In this document: positions 44,166-53,575 of the stretch, piece after piece | Layout of the letters: each line of letters begins with the position of its first letter | How positions within the stretch are numbered: the stretch's first letter is position 1 | NCBI GenBank assembly: GCA_963783575.1 | Contig: CAWAOD010000013.1 | Location: 1-64,000, forward strand | Direction: 5' to 3' | Origin: an uncultured Spirochaetota bacterium | GTDB lineage: Bacteria > Spirochaetota > Brevinematia > Brevinematales > JAOACQ01 | DNA length: 64,000 nucleotides | Translations under genes and position numbers: made by a program | Notes under the pieces: generated by a model | Told to the model about the DNA's origin: nothing | The model's database searches: none | The model's input: the letters and a program-made list of their open reading frames with translations, nothing else

Positions 44166-46313
44166 ATGAGCCAATATACAATGAGGTCGGGATTAAAGGT
44201 TTCCGAAGGGAGTCCATATCTTCTGGGAAGTACACTGGAGTCCAATGGATGCAACTTTGCCCTGTTCTCAAAAAATGCCACATCAGTGACCCTGTTGTTA
44301 TTTAATGATTATACCGACTCCAGGCCCGCATACAGAATTAGTTTTAACGATAAAATAAATAAAACCGGCGATATCTGGCATATTTTCATTTGCGGTATTA
44401 GAGCAGGGCAATACTACGGATATAGTGTTGATGGGCCTTACCAGCCGGTTAAATTTGGGCACAGGTTCAATAAAAATAAGTTATTAATTGACCCTTATAC
44501 AAAAGCTGTAAGCGGCCGTTATTACTGGAACGGAACCGATGCATACGGGTATTCGCCCAATTCCCGTTTAGGAGATCTGTCTTTTAACAAACAGAATAAT
44601 TTTGGCTCGGTTGTTAAAAGCATAGTTGTCGGGGATTTTAATTTCAATTGGGAGGGAGACAGGCCTCTTAACATACCGATGTATGAGACCATAATTTATG
44701 AAATCCATGTCAGAGGCTTTACACAGGATAAAACTTCCGGCATCAAGCATCCAGGTACATATTTAGGCATAGCTGAAAAAATAGATTATTTAAAAGACCT
44801 GGGTATAACAACGCTTGAGTTGATGCCTGTCCAGGAATTCAATGAACTTGAAAACATTAAAAAAAATCCGGTAACGGGGGAAAAACTTAAAAATTTCTGG
44901 GGCTATTCACCCTTGGCGTTTTTTGCCCCGGATTCCTGGTATTCAACAGACCGAACGGGATTAAGTGCCGTAATTGAATTTAAGGAAATGGTAAAAGCCC
45001 TGCATAAAGCAGGTATTGAAGTAATCCTGGATGTGGTTTATAACCACACCGGAGAGGGGAATGAATACGGTCCCACTTTAAGTTTCCGCGGATTGGATAA
45101 CTCAATTTATTACATGCTTGAAAATGGAAGGAATTATAAAAATTATTCCGGCTGCGGCAATACCCTTAACTGCAATCACCCGGTAGTAAAAAAATTGATA
45201 ATAGACAGCCTGAGGTATTGGGTCATAGATATGCATATTGATGGTTTCCGGTTTGATCTTGCTGCTATTCTTGGGAGGGATGAGAACGGCAATTGGGTTC
45301 CTAATTATTCCGTTTTATCGGAAATCTCACATGACCCTATTTTATCAAACACAAAGATAATAGCTGAAGGGTGGGATGCCGCCGGGCTTTATGAGGTTGG
45401 AGGATTCCCGCCGGGATGGGCTGAATGGAATGCTCAATTCCGTGATGATGTACGCTGTTTTGTAAAAGGGGATAATGACAAAGTTGAATCCCTATCAAAA
45501 CGGATTGCGGGTAGCGCCGATTTGTTTTCGTTTAAAGAAAGACGGCCTTATCAAAGTATAAATTTTATTACTGTTCATGACGGATTTACTCTGAATGATC
45601 TTGTTAGTTATAATGAAAAGCACAATGAAGAAAACGGCGAAAATAATAGTGACGGGTTGAATTATAATGCAAGCTGGAATTGTGGGAACGAAGGGCCGAC
45701 GGGCGATCAATCGATCCTTGAATTGAGAGACAGGCAGATGAAAAATCTACTCGCTTTGCTATTGTTAAGCCAGGGAACACCAATGATAGCAAGCGGCGAT
45801 GAAATGAAATTTACAAAAAGAGGGAACAATAATACATACTGTCATGATAATAGTTATAACTGGCTTGATTGGGAATCGCTGAGTAAAAACAATGAATTTT
45901 TTCAGTATTGTAGATTTTTAGTTAGTTTTCGGAAAAGCTATTCGGTTTTTAACCGTAAGAGTTTTATTATTGAAAATGAATTATCCGGAAACCTTATACC
46001 GCAAATTGTATGGCACGGGGTAATTCCATATAAGCCCGACTGCAGCGAGGAATCTCACTCTATCGCTTTTCAATTAATATTTCCAAGAGACGGGCAAAGG
46101 AAAATTAAAGATAGAAATTCGATTTATATGGCATTAAACGCATACTGGGAAGATTTGAATTTTACTTTACCACCTGCTGTTGAAAAAAAGGGCTGGTTGA
46201 TATTTGTGGATACTTCGGAAATTCCTTCTTTTTTTATTAAAGGAAAAGATGTTAATAGAGATGAGATTATTGTAAAATCAAGAAGTTTGATTATTTTATC
46301 GGATAGATTATAA
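44166..46313 (+). CDS. glgX: glycogen debranching enzyme (isoamylase, GH13)
   Basis: LLIDPY, NFWGY, DVVYNHTGEG, DGFRFDLA, IAEGWD, HDGFTL.D. Confidence 0.95.
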   Translation: MSQYTMRSGLKVSEGSPYLLGSTLESNGCNFALFSKNATSVTLLLFNDYTDSRPAYRISFNDKINKTGDIWHIFICGIRAGQYYGYSVDGPYQPVKFGHRFNKNKLLIDPYTKAVSGRYYWNGTDAYGYSPNSRLGDLSFNKQNNFGSVVKSIVVGDFNFNWEGDRPLNIPMYETIIYEIHVRGFTQDKTSGIKHPGTYLGIAEKIDYLKDLGITTLELMPVQEFNELENIKKNPVTGEKLKNFWGYSPLAFFAPDSWYSTDRTGLSAVIEFKEMVKALHKAGIEVILDVVYNHTGEGNEYGPTLSFRGLDNSIYYMLENGRNYKNYSGCGNTLNCNHPVVKKLIIDSLRYWVIDMHIDGFRFDLAAILGRDENGNWVPNYSVLSEISHDPILSNTKIIAEGWDAAGLYEVGGFPPGWAEWNAQFRDDVRCFVKGDNDKVESLSKRIAGSADLFSFKERRPYQSINFITVHDGFTLNDLVSYNEKHNEENGENNSDGLNYNASWNCGNEGPTGDQSILELRDRQMKNLLALLLLSQGTPMIASGDEMKFTKRGNNNTYCHDNSYNWLDWESLSKNNEFFQYCRFLVSFRKSYSVFNRKSFIIENELSGNLIPQIVWHGVIPYKPDCSEESHSIAFQLIFPRDGQRKIKDRNSIYMALNAYWEDLNFTLPPAVEKKGWLIFVDTSEIPSFFIKGKDVNRDEIIVKSRSLIILSDRL

Positions 46314-46329
46314 AAATCGGAGGTAGAAA

Positions 46330-47832
46330 ATGGGTGTACAATACGCGAGTAATGCAGTCGAAGAAAGCAAATTATTTCAGTCCATTTACCCAAAGGGCTA
46401 TGAACCATATAAAATTAAAGCATTTGATATCATTGTAGCTTTCATCCTGCTTATCATCGCATTCATCGCGTATGCAAAGAGTCTGGGACCATCGGTTATA
46501 GCAGGCGACTGCGGAGAGCTTACAACTGAAATTTATAATATGGGGGCATGCCATCCGCCGGGATACCCGCTTTACGGCATAATCGGCAAATTATATACAT
46601 TCCTGCCGATAGGCGATATTGCTTACAGGGTTAATCTTTTTGCCGCTACAGCCGGAGCCGGGGCAGTTTTTTTCTTCTATCTTATTGTTGTAAAGTTTCT
46701 TGGGCTGAACCGTGATACTGGAAAACTCAGCTTTAAGATCCAGCTTCCTGCAGTCTGCGCTTCATTCCTGTTCACATTCGGTTATTCAAACTGGTGGTGC
46801 GTAGTTGGGGGAAAGTTTTATTCATTGAACACCCTTCTTGTTGCATTGATGATCTTTGTAATGATTCTCTGGTATGAAGAAATTATTTGCTTTCGTAATG
46901 AGGAGCGTCTGCATTTTGCTGAAAGAATGACCATTCTTCTTGCATTCTGTATGGGGTTGTCGCTGACAAATCACCAGCTTCCATTATCGTTTATTCTTGC
47001 TTATGTAATTTTCCTCCTGCCGGTTGCGATTATTATGGTGATTTCGGACAGATCAAAGGTTTTTAAAGAAGAAGCCAAAAAAAGATCCGGCATATTGCTG
47101 GTTTTTCTTGTGATGGCTTGCATAAGCATCTATCTTTTCCTGACTCATGGATATTTTAACAGGCTTCTTATGCCCGAGGATGTCCCGCCGATACTAACAT
47201 TTATTTTTTTAGTTCCTTCAACTATGGCGGTTTATGCCATAGCTGTTAAACTATTAAAGCTTGCGCCTAATTGGGTTGACGATCTATCAAGAGTACTGGC
47301 TATCGGTATGTGGATGTTTATTTTTGCTGTGACACTTTATCTATATTTGATGATCAGGGCTAAAGCACTGGCGCCGCTGCCCGATCCCAAACCTCTAAGC
47401 TGGGGAGACACACAGACGCTTGATATCCTTTTCAACCATATGCTCCGCAGGCAGTATGGAATGGGCGGCGGAAGCGAATTCAACAATCTCCTCGGACAGA
47501 TTAAAGCTGTGGGCGGTTTTTACGCCGATCAATTCCACTGGGTGAATCTTGTTGCCGCCGGAATAGGTTTAATATATTTCTTTATGAAGGATAAGATCTG
47601 GCCGATTTATACAATTATTGCGGTATTAATTCATGATTTTATGCTGATAAAATTCATAAATTTTGAAATTGATCCCAGGACTTTATCGTTCCAGGAATCT
47701 TTTTTTAATCAGGGTTTTATTTTTACCGCACTTTACATTGCTTTTGCTTTTCAGTTTTTCATGGATTTAACTTCAAGAGATTTTATTAAAAATGTCAGGC
47801 TTAGTTTATTAAAAGGAAGTGAAAATAAATAA
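46330..47832 (+). CDS. DUF2723 membrane glycosyltransferase-like protein (GT-C/TMEM260-like)
   Basis: GDCGEL, HPPGYPLY, IAYRVN, GLSLTNH, YLMIRA, SWG. Confidence 0.8.
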   Translation: MGVQYASNAVEESKLFQSIYPKGYEPYKIKAFDIIVAFILLIIAFIAYAKSLGPSVIAGDCGELTTEIYNMGACHPPGYPLYGIIGKLYTFLPIGDIAYRVNLFAATAGAGAVFFFYLIVVKFLGLNRDTGKLSFKIQLPAVCASFLFTFGYSNWWCVVGGKFYSLNTLLVALMIFVMILWYEEIICFRNEERLHFAERMTILLAFCMGLSLTNHQLPLSFILAYVIFLLPVAIIMVISDRSKVFKEEAKKRSGILLVFLVMACISIYLFLTHGYFNRLLMPEDVPPILTFIFLVPSTMAVYAIAVKLLKLAPNWVDDLSRVLAIGMWMFIFAVTLYLYLMIRAKALAPLPDPKPLSWGDTQTLDILFNHMLRRQYGMGGGSEFNNLLGQIKAVGGFYADQFHWVNLVAAGIGLIYFFMKDKIWPIYTIIAVLIHDFMLIKFINFEIDPRTLSFQESFFNQGFIFTALYIAFAFQFFMDLTSRDFIKNVRLSLLKGSENK

Positions 47833-47846
47833 ATTACTAATTTATA

Positions 47847-47876
47847 TTGACTGTGCGGTGTATATAGTTATATAAT
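47847..47876 (+). promoter_or_regulatory. sigma70 promoter
   Basis: TTGACT-18 nt-TATAAT. Confidence 0.5.
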
Positions 47877-47883
47877 TAAATAT

Positions 47884-47996
47884 AAAAAAAAGCGAGGATT
47901 TTAATCCTCGCTTCACCCACAAAGTGGGTTTGCAGAATTGGGAGGGGAATCTAATTCTGCATAATTCAATTGAATTATCGGATGATGATGTCCGAA
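47884..47996. ncRNA. candidate structured small RNA or leader (five consecutive hairpins)
   Basis: GC-rich island in AT-rich spacer; abutting stems; A8 run gives a minus-strand terminator. Confidence 0.45.
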
Positions 47997-48311
47997 TTTA
48001 AAGATATTTATAAATATTTTTTCAAATTTGTTCAAAAATCAATAATTAAACTTTAAAAAATCCGCTTCTTAAACGAGGAATACTTTATTATAAACAAAGC
48101 TAAATTAATAATTTATTAAATGAAACCAATGAAATATTATTTAACAATGTTCATTAATTAAAGAATATAATACTGAATTATTTGGACAGGATATTATTCT
48201 TATGATATAATTCTTTAATAAATCTTAAAATATTATATTTTAATTGCGTTGCAGGACAATAAATAACATTCTTAATTGATAAACAAAGTGGTTGGTTAAA
48301 ACGGGGGGGCC

Positions 48312-49505
48312 ATGGATTACAGAAATGATGTTGTTAGGGTTGAGATTTTTACTAATTTTCTCTATCCCGGGATGATTTTAAAAGGCGATGGTTTCGATGA
48401 GAATGGAAACCAGGTAATATATAAATTAACTCCTATCACTCAGGAGCAAATAGAGTATATAAAGTCCAATGGAGTTAAGAAAATTACTTATACCAGGGAA
48501 AAGCTCAGGCTGAAAAAAGATGTCTCGAAATCCATGGTCAGCGAGAAAAATGTTGAAAAAGCTATTTCCATTATAGAAGATATACAGGGAGCAATAAAGA
48601 CCGAAGGGGTAAAAGCTAAATTACCGGCGCAGGAAATCAGTGAGATTGTTAATAGCTTTATAGATGATATAAAAGGTAATGATGATGCTTTTTTGAACTT
48701 ATTGGATCTATACCATTTTGATGATTATACATACACACATTCCATAAATGTCGCAACTATATCCATATTATTAGCGCACTCGCTGAAGCTTGATGAGGAA
48801 AAAGTTAAAATAGTCGGTACGGCAGGGCTTCTTCATGATATCGGTAAAACATTAATTCCGGGAAGTGTAATTGATAAAACCGAAAAACTGAGTGAGGAGG
48901 AATGGAAAATAATCAGGAACCATGCAGTTTATGGGTATAACATTCTTCATTCGGAAAATGTTTTTGTACCGCAGGTTGAGGCTGCAGTATTATGTCACCA
49001 TGAGTGCTATACTGGAGGAGGGTATCCTTTTGGAGTTACACATGATAAACAAACGGCATTTTCTCAAATTTTGTCGATAGCCGATGTTTTTGATGCGCTT
49101 ACTTCTAAAAGGCCATACAAGGAACCATGGCTTTTCAGCAAAGCATTTGCATATTTTATGGAAAATTCAGGGAAGAAGTTTAATCCGGCAATAACCCAGG
49201 TTTTTCTCAGAGATATGACTAAAAAAATTAATGAAGAGCCTATTTATCCTGATAAATCTTTTGTTGTATTAAATACCGGTGAAATAGGATATGTAGTAGG
49301 GCATAGGCAAAGTGTTTTTTCACTAAGGCCAATAGTTAATATATTTTTAAACAGCCACCTTAAAGGCGGAGCTGTTGACAAATTACTAAAACATCCCCTT
49401 CAGATAGACCTGGAAGCGGATTATTCCAGATATGTAATTAAAAGATTGATTGATCCTGATACCGTTAATAAATTCTTCGACCTTCTGGATAAAGAGCTTG
49501 AATAA
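48312..49505 (+). CDS. HD-GYP phosphodiesterase, paralog 1
   Basis: YTYTHS, HDIGK, HHE..G.GYP, ADVFDALTSKRPYK. Confidence 0.92.
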   Translation: MDYRNDVVRVEIFTNFLYPGMILKGDGFDENGNQVIYKLTPITQEQIEYIKSNGVKKITYTREKLRLKKDVSKSMVSEKNVEKAISIIEDIQGAIKTEGVKAKLPAQEISEIVNSFIDDIKGNDDAFLNLLDLYHFDDYTYTHSINVATISILLAHSLKLDEEKVKIVGTAGLLHDIGKTLIPGSVIDKTEKLSEEEWKIIRNHAVYGYNILHSENVFVPQVEAAVLCHHECYTGGGYPFGVTHDKQTAFSQILSIADVFDALTSKRPYKEPWLFSKAFAYFMENSGKKFNPAITQVFLRDMTKKINEEPIYPDKSFVVLNTGEIGYVVGHRQSVFSLRPIVNIFLNSHLKGGAVDKLLKHPLQIDLEADYSRYVIKRLIDPDTVNKFFDLLDKELE

Positions 49506-49643
49506 TACCTGCCTGAAAATTATGATTATCCAGTCTTAGGCTTCTTGATTTCTTTTTCTTTCAGTCAATTATAAATTAATTTTCTAATAATAAAATATTG
49601 TTAATAAAGCAACTGGATTTTATTGGTTTAACACATATAAAAT

Positions 49644-50849
49644 TTGGAGAGTGGTGAATTGAATTATAGAAGCGATGTAATGCAAGTCGAAATTTTCACA
49701 AATTTCTTGTATCCTGGAATGATCCTGAAAGGAAAAGGATATGATGAGAAAGGTAATATTGTAGTTGAAAAAGATATTCCATTGACAAAAGAGCAGATTG
49801 ATAAAATTAGAATTGATGGTGTCAAAAAGATTACATATTCCAGGGAAAAATTAAAATTAAAAAAAGATGTATCTGTATCAATGGTAAGTGATAAAAATGT
49901 TGAGAAGGCAATATCCATAATAGATGATATCCAGGGTTCCATAAAACAGGAAGGCTCAAGGGCGAGCCTGCCGGTACATGAAGTCGATGATATAATAAAA
50001 GATTTTATCAGCGATATTAAATCCAATGACAGTGCCTTCCTTAATCTTCTGGATTTATTCCATTTTGATGATTATACATACACACATTCAGTGAATGTCG
50101 CGACAATATCCATTCTACTTGGTTATTCGCTTAATCTTGATGAAGAAAAAATAAGGATTCTTGGAATATCGGGTTTACTTCATGATATAGGTAAAACCCT
50201 TATTCCGGAATCAATTGTTGACAAGGTTGAAAAATTGACGGATGTAGAATGGAAAATAATTAAAAATCATTCAGTCTACGGGTATAATATCGTTCATGCC
50301 GAAAAAATATTCGGGAACAATGTGGAAAACGCAATTTTACTGCATCATGAAAATTATATGGGCGGCGGATATCCTCTTGGAGTAAATAATGAAAAACAAA
50401 CAATTTTTTCACAGACTTTATCAGTTGCCGATGTTTTTGACGCTTTAACTTCAAAAAGGCCTTATAAAGAACCCTGGTCATTCAGTCAGGCTTTTTCATT
50501 TTTCATGGAAAATTCCGGTAAAAAATTTAATCCTAAAATTGTTCAGACCTTTCTTCGCGACCTGGCAAAAAAAATTAATGAAGAACCTGTCTACCCGGTG
50601 AAATCTTATGTTATCCTTAATACGGGAGAAGTCGGATATGTAATTGACCACCGTTTAAGCCCATATACTCTGCGGCCGATTATTAATATTTTTTACAACC
50701 AGCATATGAAAGAAGATGAACTGAAAAAAATGATTAAAATACCACTTCAAATAGACCTGGAAGGCGATTATACTCGATATATTATTAAACGGCTTATTGA
50801 TCCAGCACTGATAAAGAAATTTGATAACTTGACTGGAATTAATAAGTAA
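49644..50849 (+). CDS. HD-GYP phosphodiesterase, paralog 2
   Basis: same motifs, colinear with paralog 1; start uncertain (TTG). Confidence 0.9.
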   Translation: MESGELNYRSDVMQVEIFTNFLYPGMILKGKGYDEKGNIVVEKDIPLTKEQIDKIRIDGVKKITYSREKLKLKKDVSVSMVSDKNVEKAISIIDDIQGSIKQEGSRASLPVHEVDDIIKDFISDIKSNDSAFLNLLDLFHFDDYTYTHSVNVATISILLGYSLNLDEEKIRILGISGLLHDIGKTLIPESIVDKVEKLTDVEWKIIKNHSVYGYNIVHAEKIFGNNVENAILLHHENYMGGGYPLGVNNEKQTIFSQTLSVADVFDALTSKRPYKEPWSFSQAFSFFMENSGKKFNPKIVQTFLRDLAKKINEEPVYPVKSYVILNTGEVGYVIDHRLSPYTLRPIINIFYNQHMKEDELKKMIKIPLQIDLEGDYTRYIIKRLIDPALIKKFDNLTGINK

Positions 50850-50889
50850 AATAAGTTAAAATAATCTGTAGTAATATAAGGAAATTTGG

Positions 50890-51492
50890 ATGGTCGATTT
50901 TAATCAGATCAAATTTGATGAAAAAGGTTTTATTCGGGTAATTTTACAGGACGGACTTACCGGAAAAGTTTTAAAATTGGCGGCTATAGACAGGGTTTCA
51001 CTGGAAAAAACTGTGGAAACAGGAATTTTTCATTTTTTATCTGAGGATAATCAAGAAAATCCATACCGGAATTTAAAAGTATATGATATATTTTACGATA
51101 CAATTGAACCTTCATTACTGATTCAAATTAAAAGCGAAAGTCCGTCAGTTATACGGACCGATTACTGGTCGATTTACCGGGATTCCTTACTGGCTGATAA
51201 TAAGATTTCCATTCTTGATTTTGTTTATGAAATAATAATGGAAAGAAAAAAAACAAAACCTGAAAATTCTTATGTAGCAAAAAAGATGAGCGAGGGGTTG
51301 GACCGTATATTGAAAAAAATCGGTGAGGAAGCCGGAGAAGTTATTATTGCTTCAAAAAATGCTTCAAAAGAAGAAATCGGCTGGGAAATGGCGGATCTTA
51401 TCTTTCATTTATGGCTGATCTTAGGTTATTATGACCTGACTCCCGATATTATATATGAAAAATTATGGGAAAGACACCTTAATAAGACCTAA
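50890..51492 (+). CDS. hisIE: phosphoribosyl-ATP pyrophosphatase with degenerate HisI N-terminus
   Basis: C-terminal SY..KKIGEEAGE..EMADL.FH (HisE); N-terminal FDEKG..VILQD..TG.VL but no Cys motifs. Confidence 0.8.
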   Translation: MVDFNQIKFDEKGFIRVILQDGLTGKVLKLAAIDRVSLEKTVETGIFHFLSEDNQENPYRNLKVYDIFYDTIEPSLLIQIKSESPSVIRTDYWSIYRDSLLADNKISILDFVYEIIMERKKTKPENSYVAKKMSEGLDRILKKIGEEAGEVIIASKNASKEEIGWEMADLIFHLWLILGYYDLTPDIIYEKLWERHLNKT

Positions 51493-51544
51493 ATTGTGCA
51501 GTTTTTATATTTATGTAAAACTAATATAGAAACAGGAGAATAAA

Positions 51545-52276
51545 ATGAGAAGATTTTTTATACCTTCTGGTAATATAAACAATGGCAACGCAATTATTAC
51601 GGGCAGCGATGTGCATCATATTCTGGATGTTCTGAGGAAAGGCGTCGGAGATACCATCCAGGCGACAGACGGTTTGGGAAATATTTTAACTGCACGAATC
51701 ACTGGAATAAAGCAGCCTCAGATAAATCTTGAGATAATCGAAACAAAGCATCAGGAAGAAAGAAAAACTTTTATCAAATTGTTCCAGGCTATTCCAAAGG
51801 GCGGCAAGTTTGAATGGATAGTCGAGAAGTCATGTGAATTGGGTGTGAATGAAATTGTGCCTGTTATTACCGAAAGAACCATACCCAAATATAATAATGA
51901 AAGAGGGCTAAAAAAACTTGCACATTGGGAAAGGATAGCCCTTGAATCGATGAAACAGATAGGAAGAAATACTCCTATGTCGATCCATAAAACAATAATA
52001 TTCAAAGATGTTCAGAGGATTTTAAAACCCTTTTCAAAAAAAATAGTACTTTGGGAATTAGAGGAAACTGAAGAATTAAAAACATTTTTACGGGAAAATA
52101 ATAGTGCTGCAGAGTTTGAGATATTTATCGGGCCCGAAGGCGGATTTTCAATACAGGAAATCGATGATCTTAAGAATCTTGGGTTTATTACTGTTAGCCT
52201 GGGGAAAAGGATTCTCAAAGCCGAAACTGCAGCAATTATAGCAATCGGTAATATTTATTTTGAAATGGAAAACTAA
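51545..52276 (+). CDS. rsmE: 16S rRNA m3U1498 methyltransferase
   Basis: HH..VLR, EKSCELGV, IGPEGGFS, LGKRILKAETA. Confidence 0.95.
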   Translation: MRRFFIPSGNINNGNAIITGSDVHHILDVLRKGVGDTIQATDGLGNILTARITGIKQPQINLEIIETKHQEERKTFIKLFQAIPKGGKFEWIVEKSCELGVNEIVPVITERTIPKYNNERGLKKLAHWERIALESMKQIGRNTPMSIHKTIIFKDVQRILKPFSKKIVLWELEETEELKTFLRENNSAAEFEIFIGPEGGFSIQEIDDLKNLGFITVSLGKRILKAETAAIIAIGNIYFEMEN

Positions 52277-52423
52277 TGAGTTTGAATATTGATGATGCTT
52301 TATTTTATTGCTCCCAATAAAGACCAATGGACGGACTCCAAACTGGAAATCCGTCCATCAGCGGAGGTGCGATAAAATAAAACAAATACCTTTCTTTATT
52401 GATTCTATTCTATATAACCAATT

Positions 52424-52452
52424 ATAATATGAAATTATGAAAGAAAAGTCAA
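52424..52452 (-). promoter_or_regulatory. orphan minus-strand sigma70 promoter
   Basis: TTGACT-17 nt-TATTAT pointing toward the rsmE 3' end with no long ORF in between. Confidence 0.45.
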
Positions 52453-52652
52453 GGATTTTAAATATAAATTTGGCAATAAAAATTATATTTAAATAGCGCT
52501 TTTAGACAATAATTCAGATTAATATAAATTAAACCTGTAAAGAACATAAATTAATTTAAGACATTTATTTGTATTTAGTCATTTTTTGCTAAAAATAGTG
52601 TTTTTGATTAGAATATTAACCTCAAAACATTTGAGTATACTGATATAAATAA

Positions 52653-52785
52653 GGGCAGTTTTAAAAACTCAATAAAAGTCACCCTGAGCTTGACAAATGG
52701 GTGATAAGTTTTGAGTAATTGTAACCATACTTCGTCAAGCTCAGTATAATAATGGCAGTAAAAAATGAGTTTTTTAGAACTGCCC
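52653..52785. mobile_element. MITE-like element (133 bp)
   Basis: terminal IRs GGGCAGTTTTAAAAACTCA / TGAGTTTTTTAGAACTGCCC; internal palindrome CTGAGCTTGAC..GTCAAGCTCAG; no ORF. Confidence 0.7.
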
Positions 52786-52822
52786 ATAATTAATTATTAG
52801 CTATTTCTTTATGGAGATGAGA

Positions 52823-53395
52823 ATGAAATTATTCTGGAAAATAATCTTAATAATATTAGTCAGTTTATCTGTATTTTCAAGTTTATATTGTGATGATGAA
52901 GAACCAAAACAAATATTGAACGCCGCAGCGCTTGATCTAAGTCCGACTATTAATGGCCTTTTAAATAACGGCTACGGTATAGGAATTTCTTATGAATACG
53001 GATTCCTGGAAAGATTTTCCGCATTAATTACAGTCGGTTATATGGAAATTGGCGGCCCATATTTGACCAATAATATTTCCAATTATTATACAATCAGTTA
53101 TGGAATCGTATTAAGATATTATGCTTACGGGGAAGCCATAGAAGGCGGTTTTATAGGGGTAGGAGCAAGGTACGGTCAGGCGAATTATTTGCTTAATACC
53201 GGAGATAGCCTTGGCGGTACAATACTTTATATTCCAGGGGAAATCGGCTACAAATATATATTTACCGAAGCATATAATCTGTTTGTTGAAGTATCCGTCG
53301 GTATGAGTTTTTATTATGCCCTTAGCGGTTATAATGAGGGTTATATGAATTTTACTGCCGGTGATTTTGGATTACGTTTTGGCGTAGCTTTCTAA
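52823..53395 (+). CDS. small outer-membrane beta-barrel protein
   Basis: signal peptide, Gly/Tyr-rich alternating strands, C-terminal FGVAF. Confidence 0.7.
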   Translation: MKLFWKIILIILVSLSVFSSLYCDDEEPKQILNAAALDLSPTINGLLNNGYGIGISYEYGFLERFSALITVGYMEIGGPYLTNNISNYYTISYGIVLRYYAYGEAIEGGFIGVGARYGQANYLLNTGDSLGGTILYIPGEIGYKYIFTEAYNLFVEVSVGMSFYYALSGYNEGYMNFTAGDFGLRFGVAF

Positions 53396-53410
53396 AATCA
53401 TGGAGTTTTT

Positions 53411-53569
53411 ATGTCAAAAATGAAACTTATTATAGAATTCGTAGAATACCTAAAAAAAAATAAAAAGCTTTGGCTGATTCCGTTGCTGATAATACTTGGA
53501 ATTATCGGGATTGCCGTTCTGATATCCCAATCGCAGGCCATTGCCCCTTTTATTTATTCGCTTTTTTAG
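53411..53569 (+). CDS. DUF5989 (SxtK-like) small membrane protein, absent from ORF track
   Basis: MSKMKLIIEFVEYLKKNKKLWLIPLLIILGIIGIAVLISQSQAIAPFIYSLF*: KK.WL.P and APFIY.LF signature; GGAG RBS. Confidence 0.88.
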   Translation: MSKMKLIIEFVEYLKKNKKLWLIPLLIILGIIGIAVLISQSQAIAPFIYSLF

Positions 53570-53575
53570 AAGATT

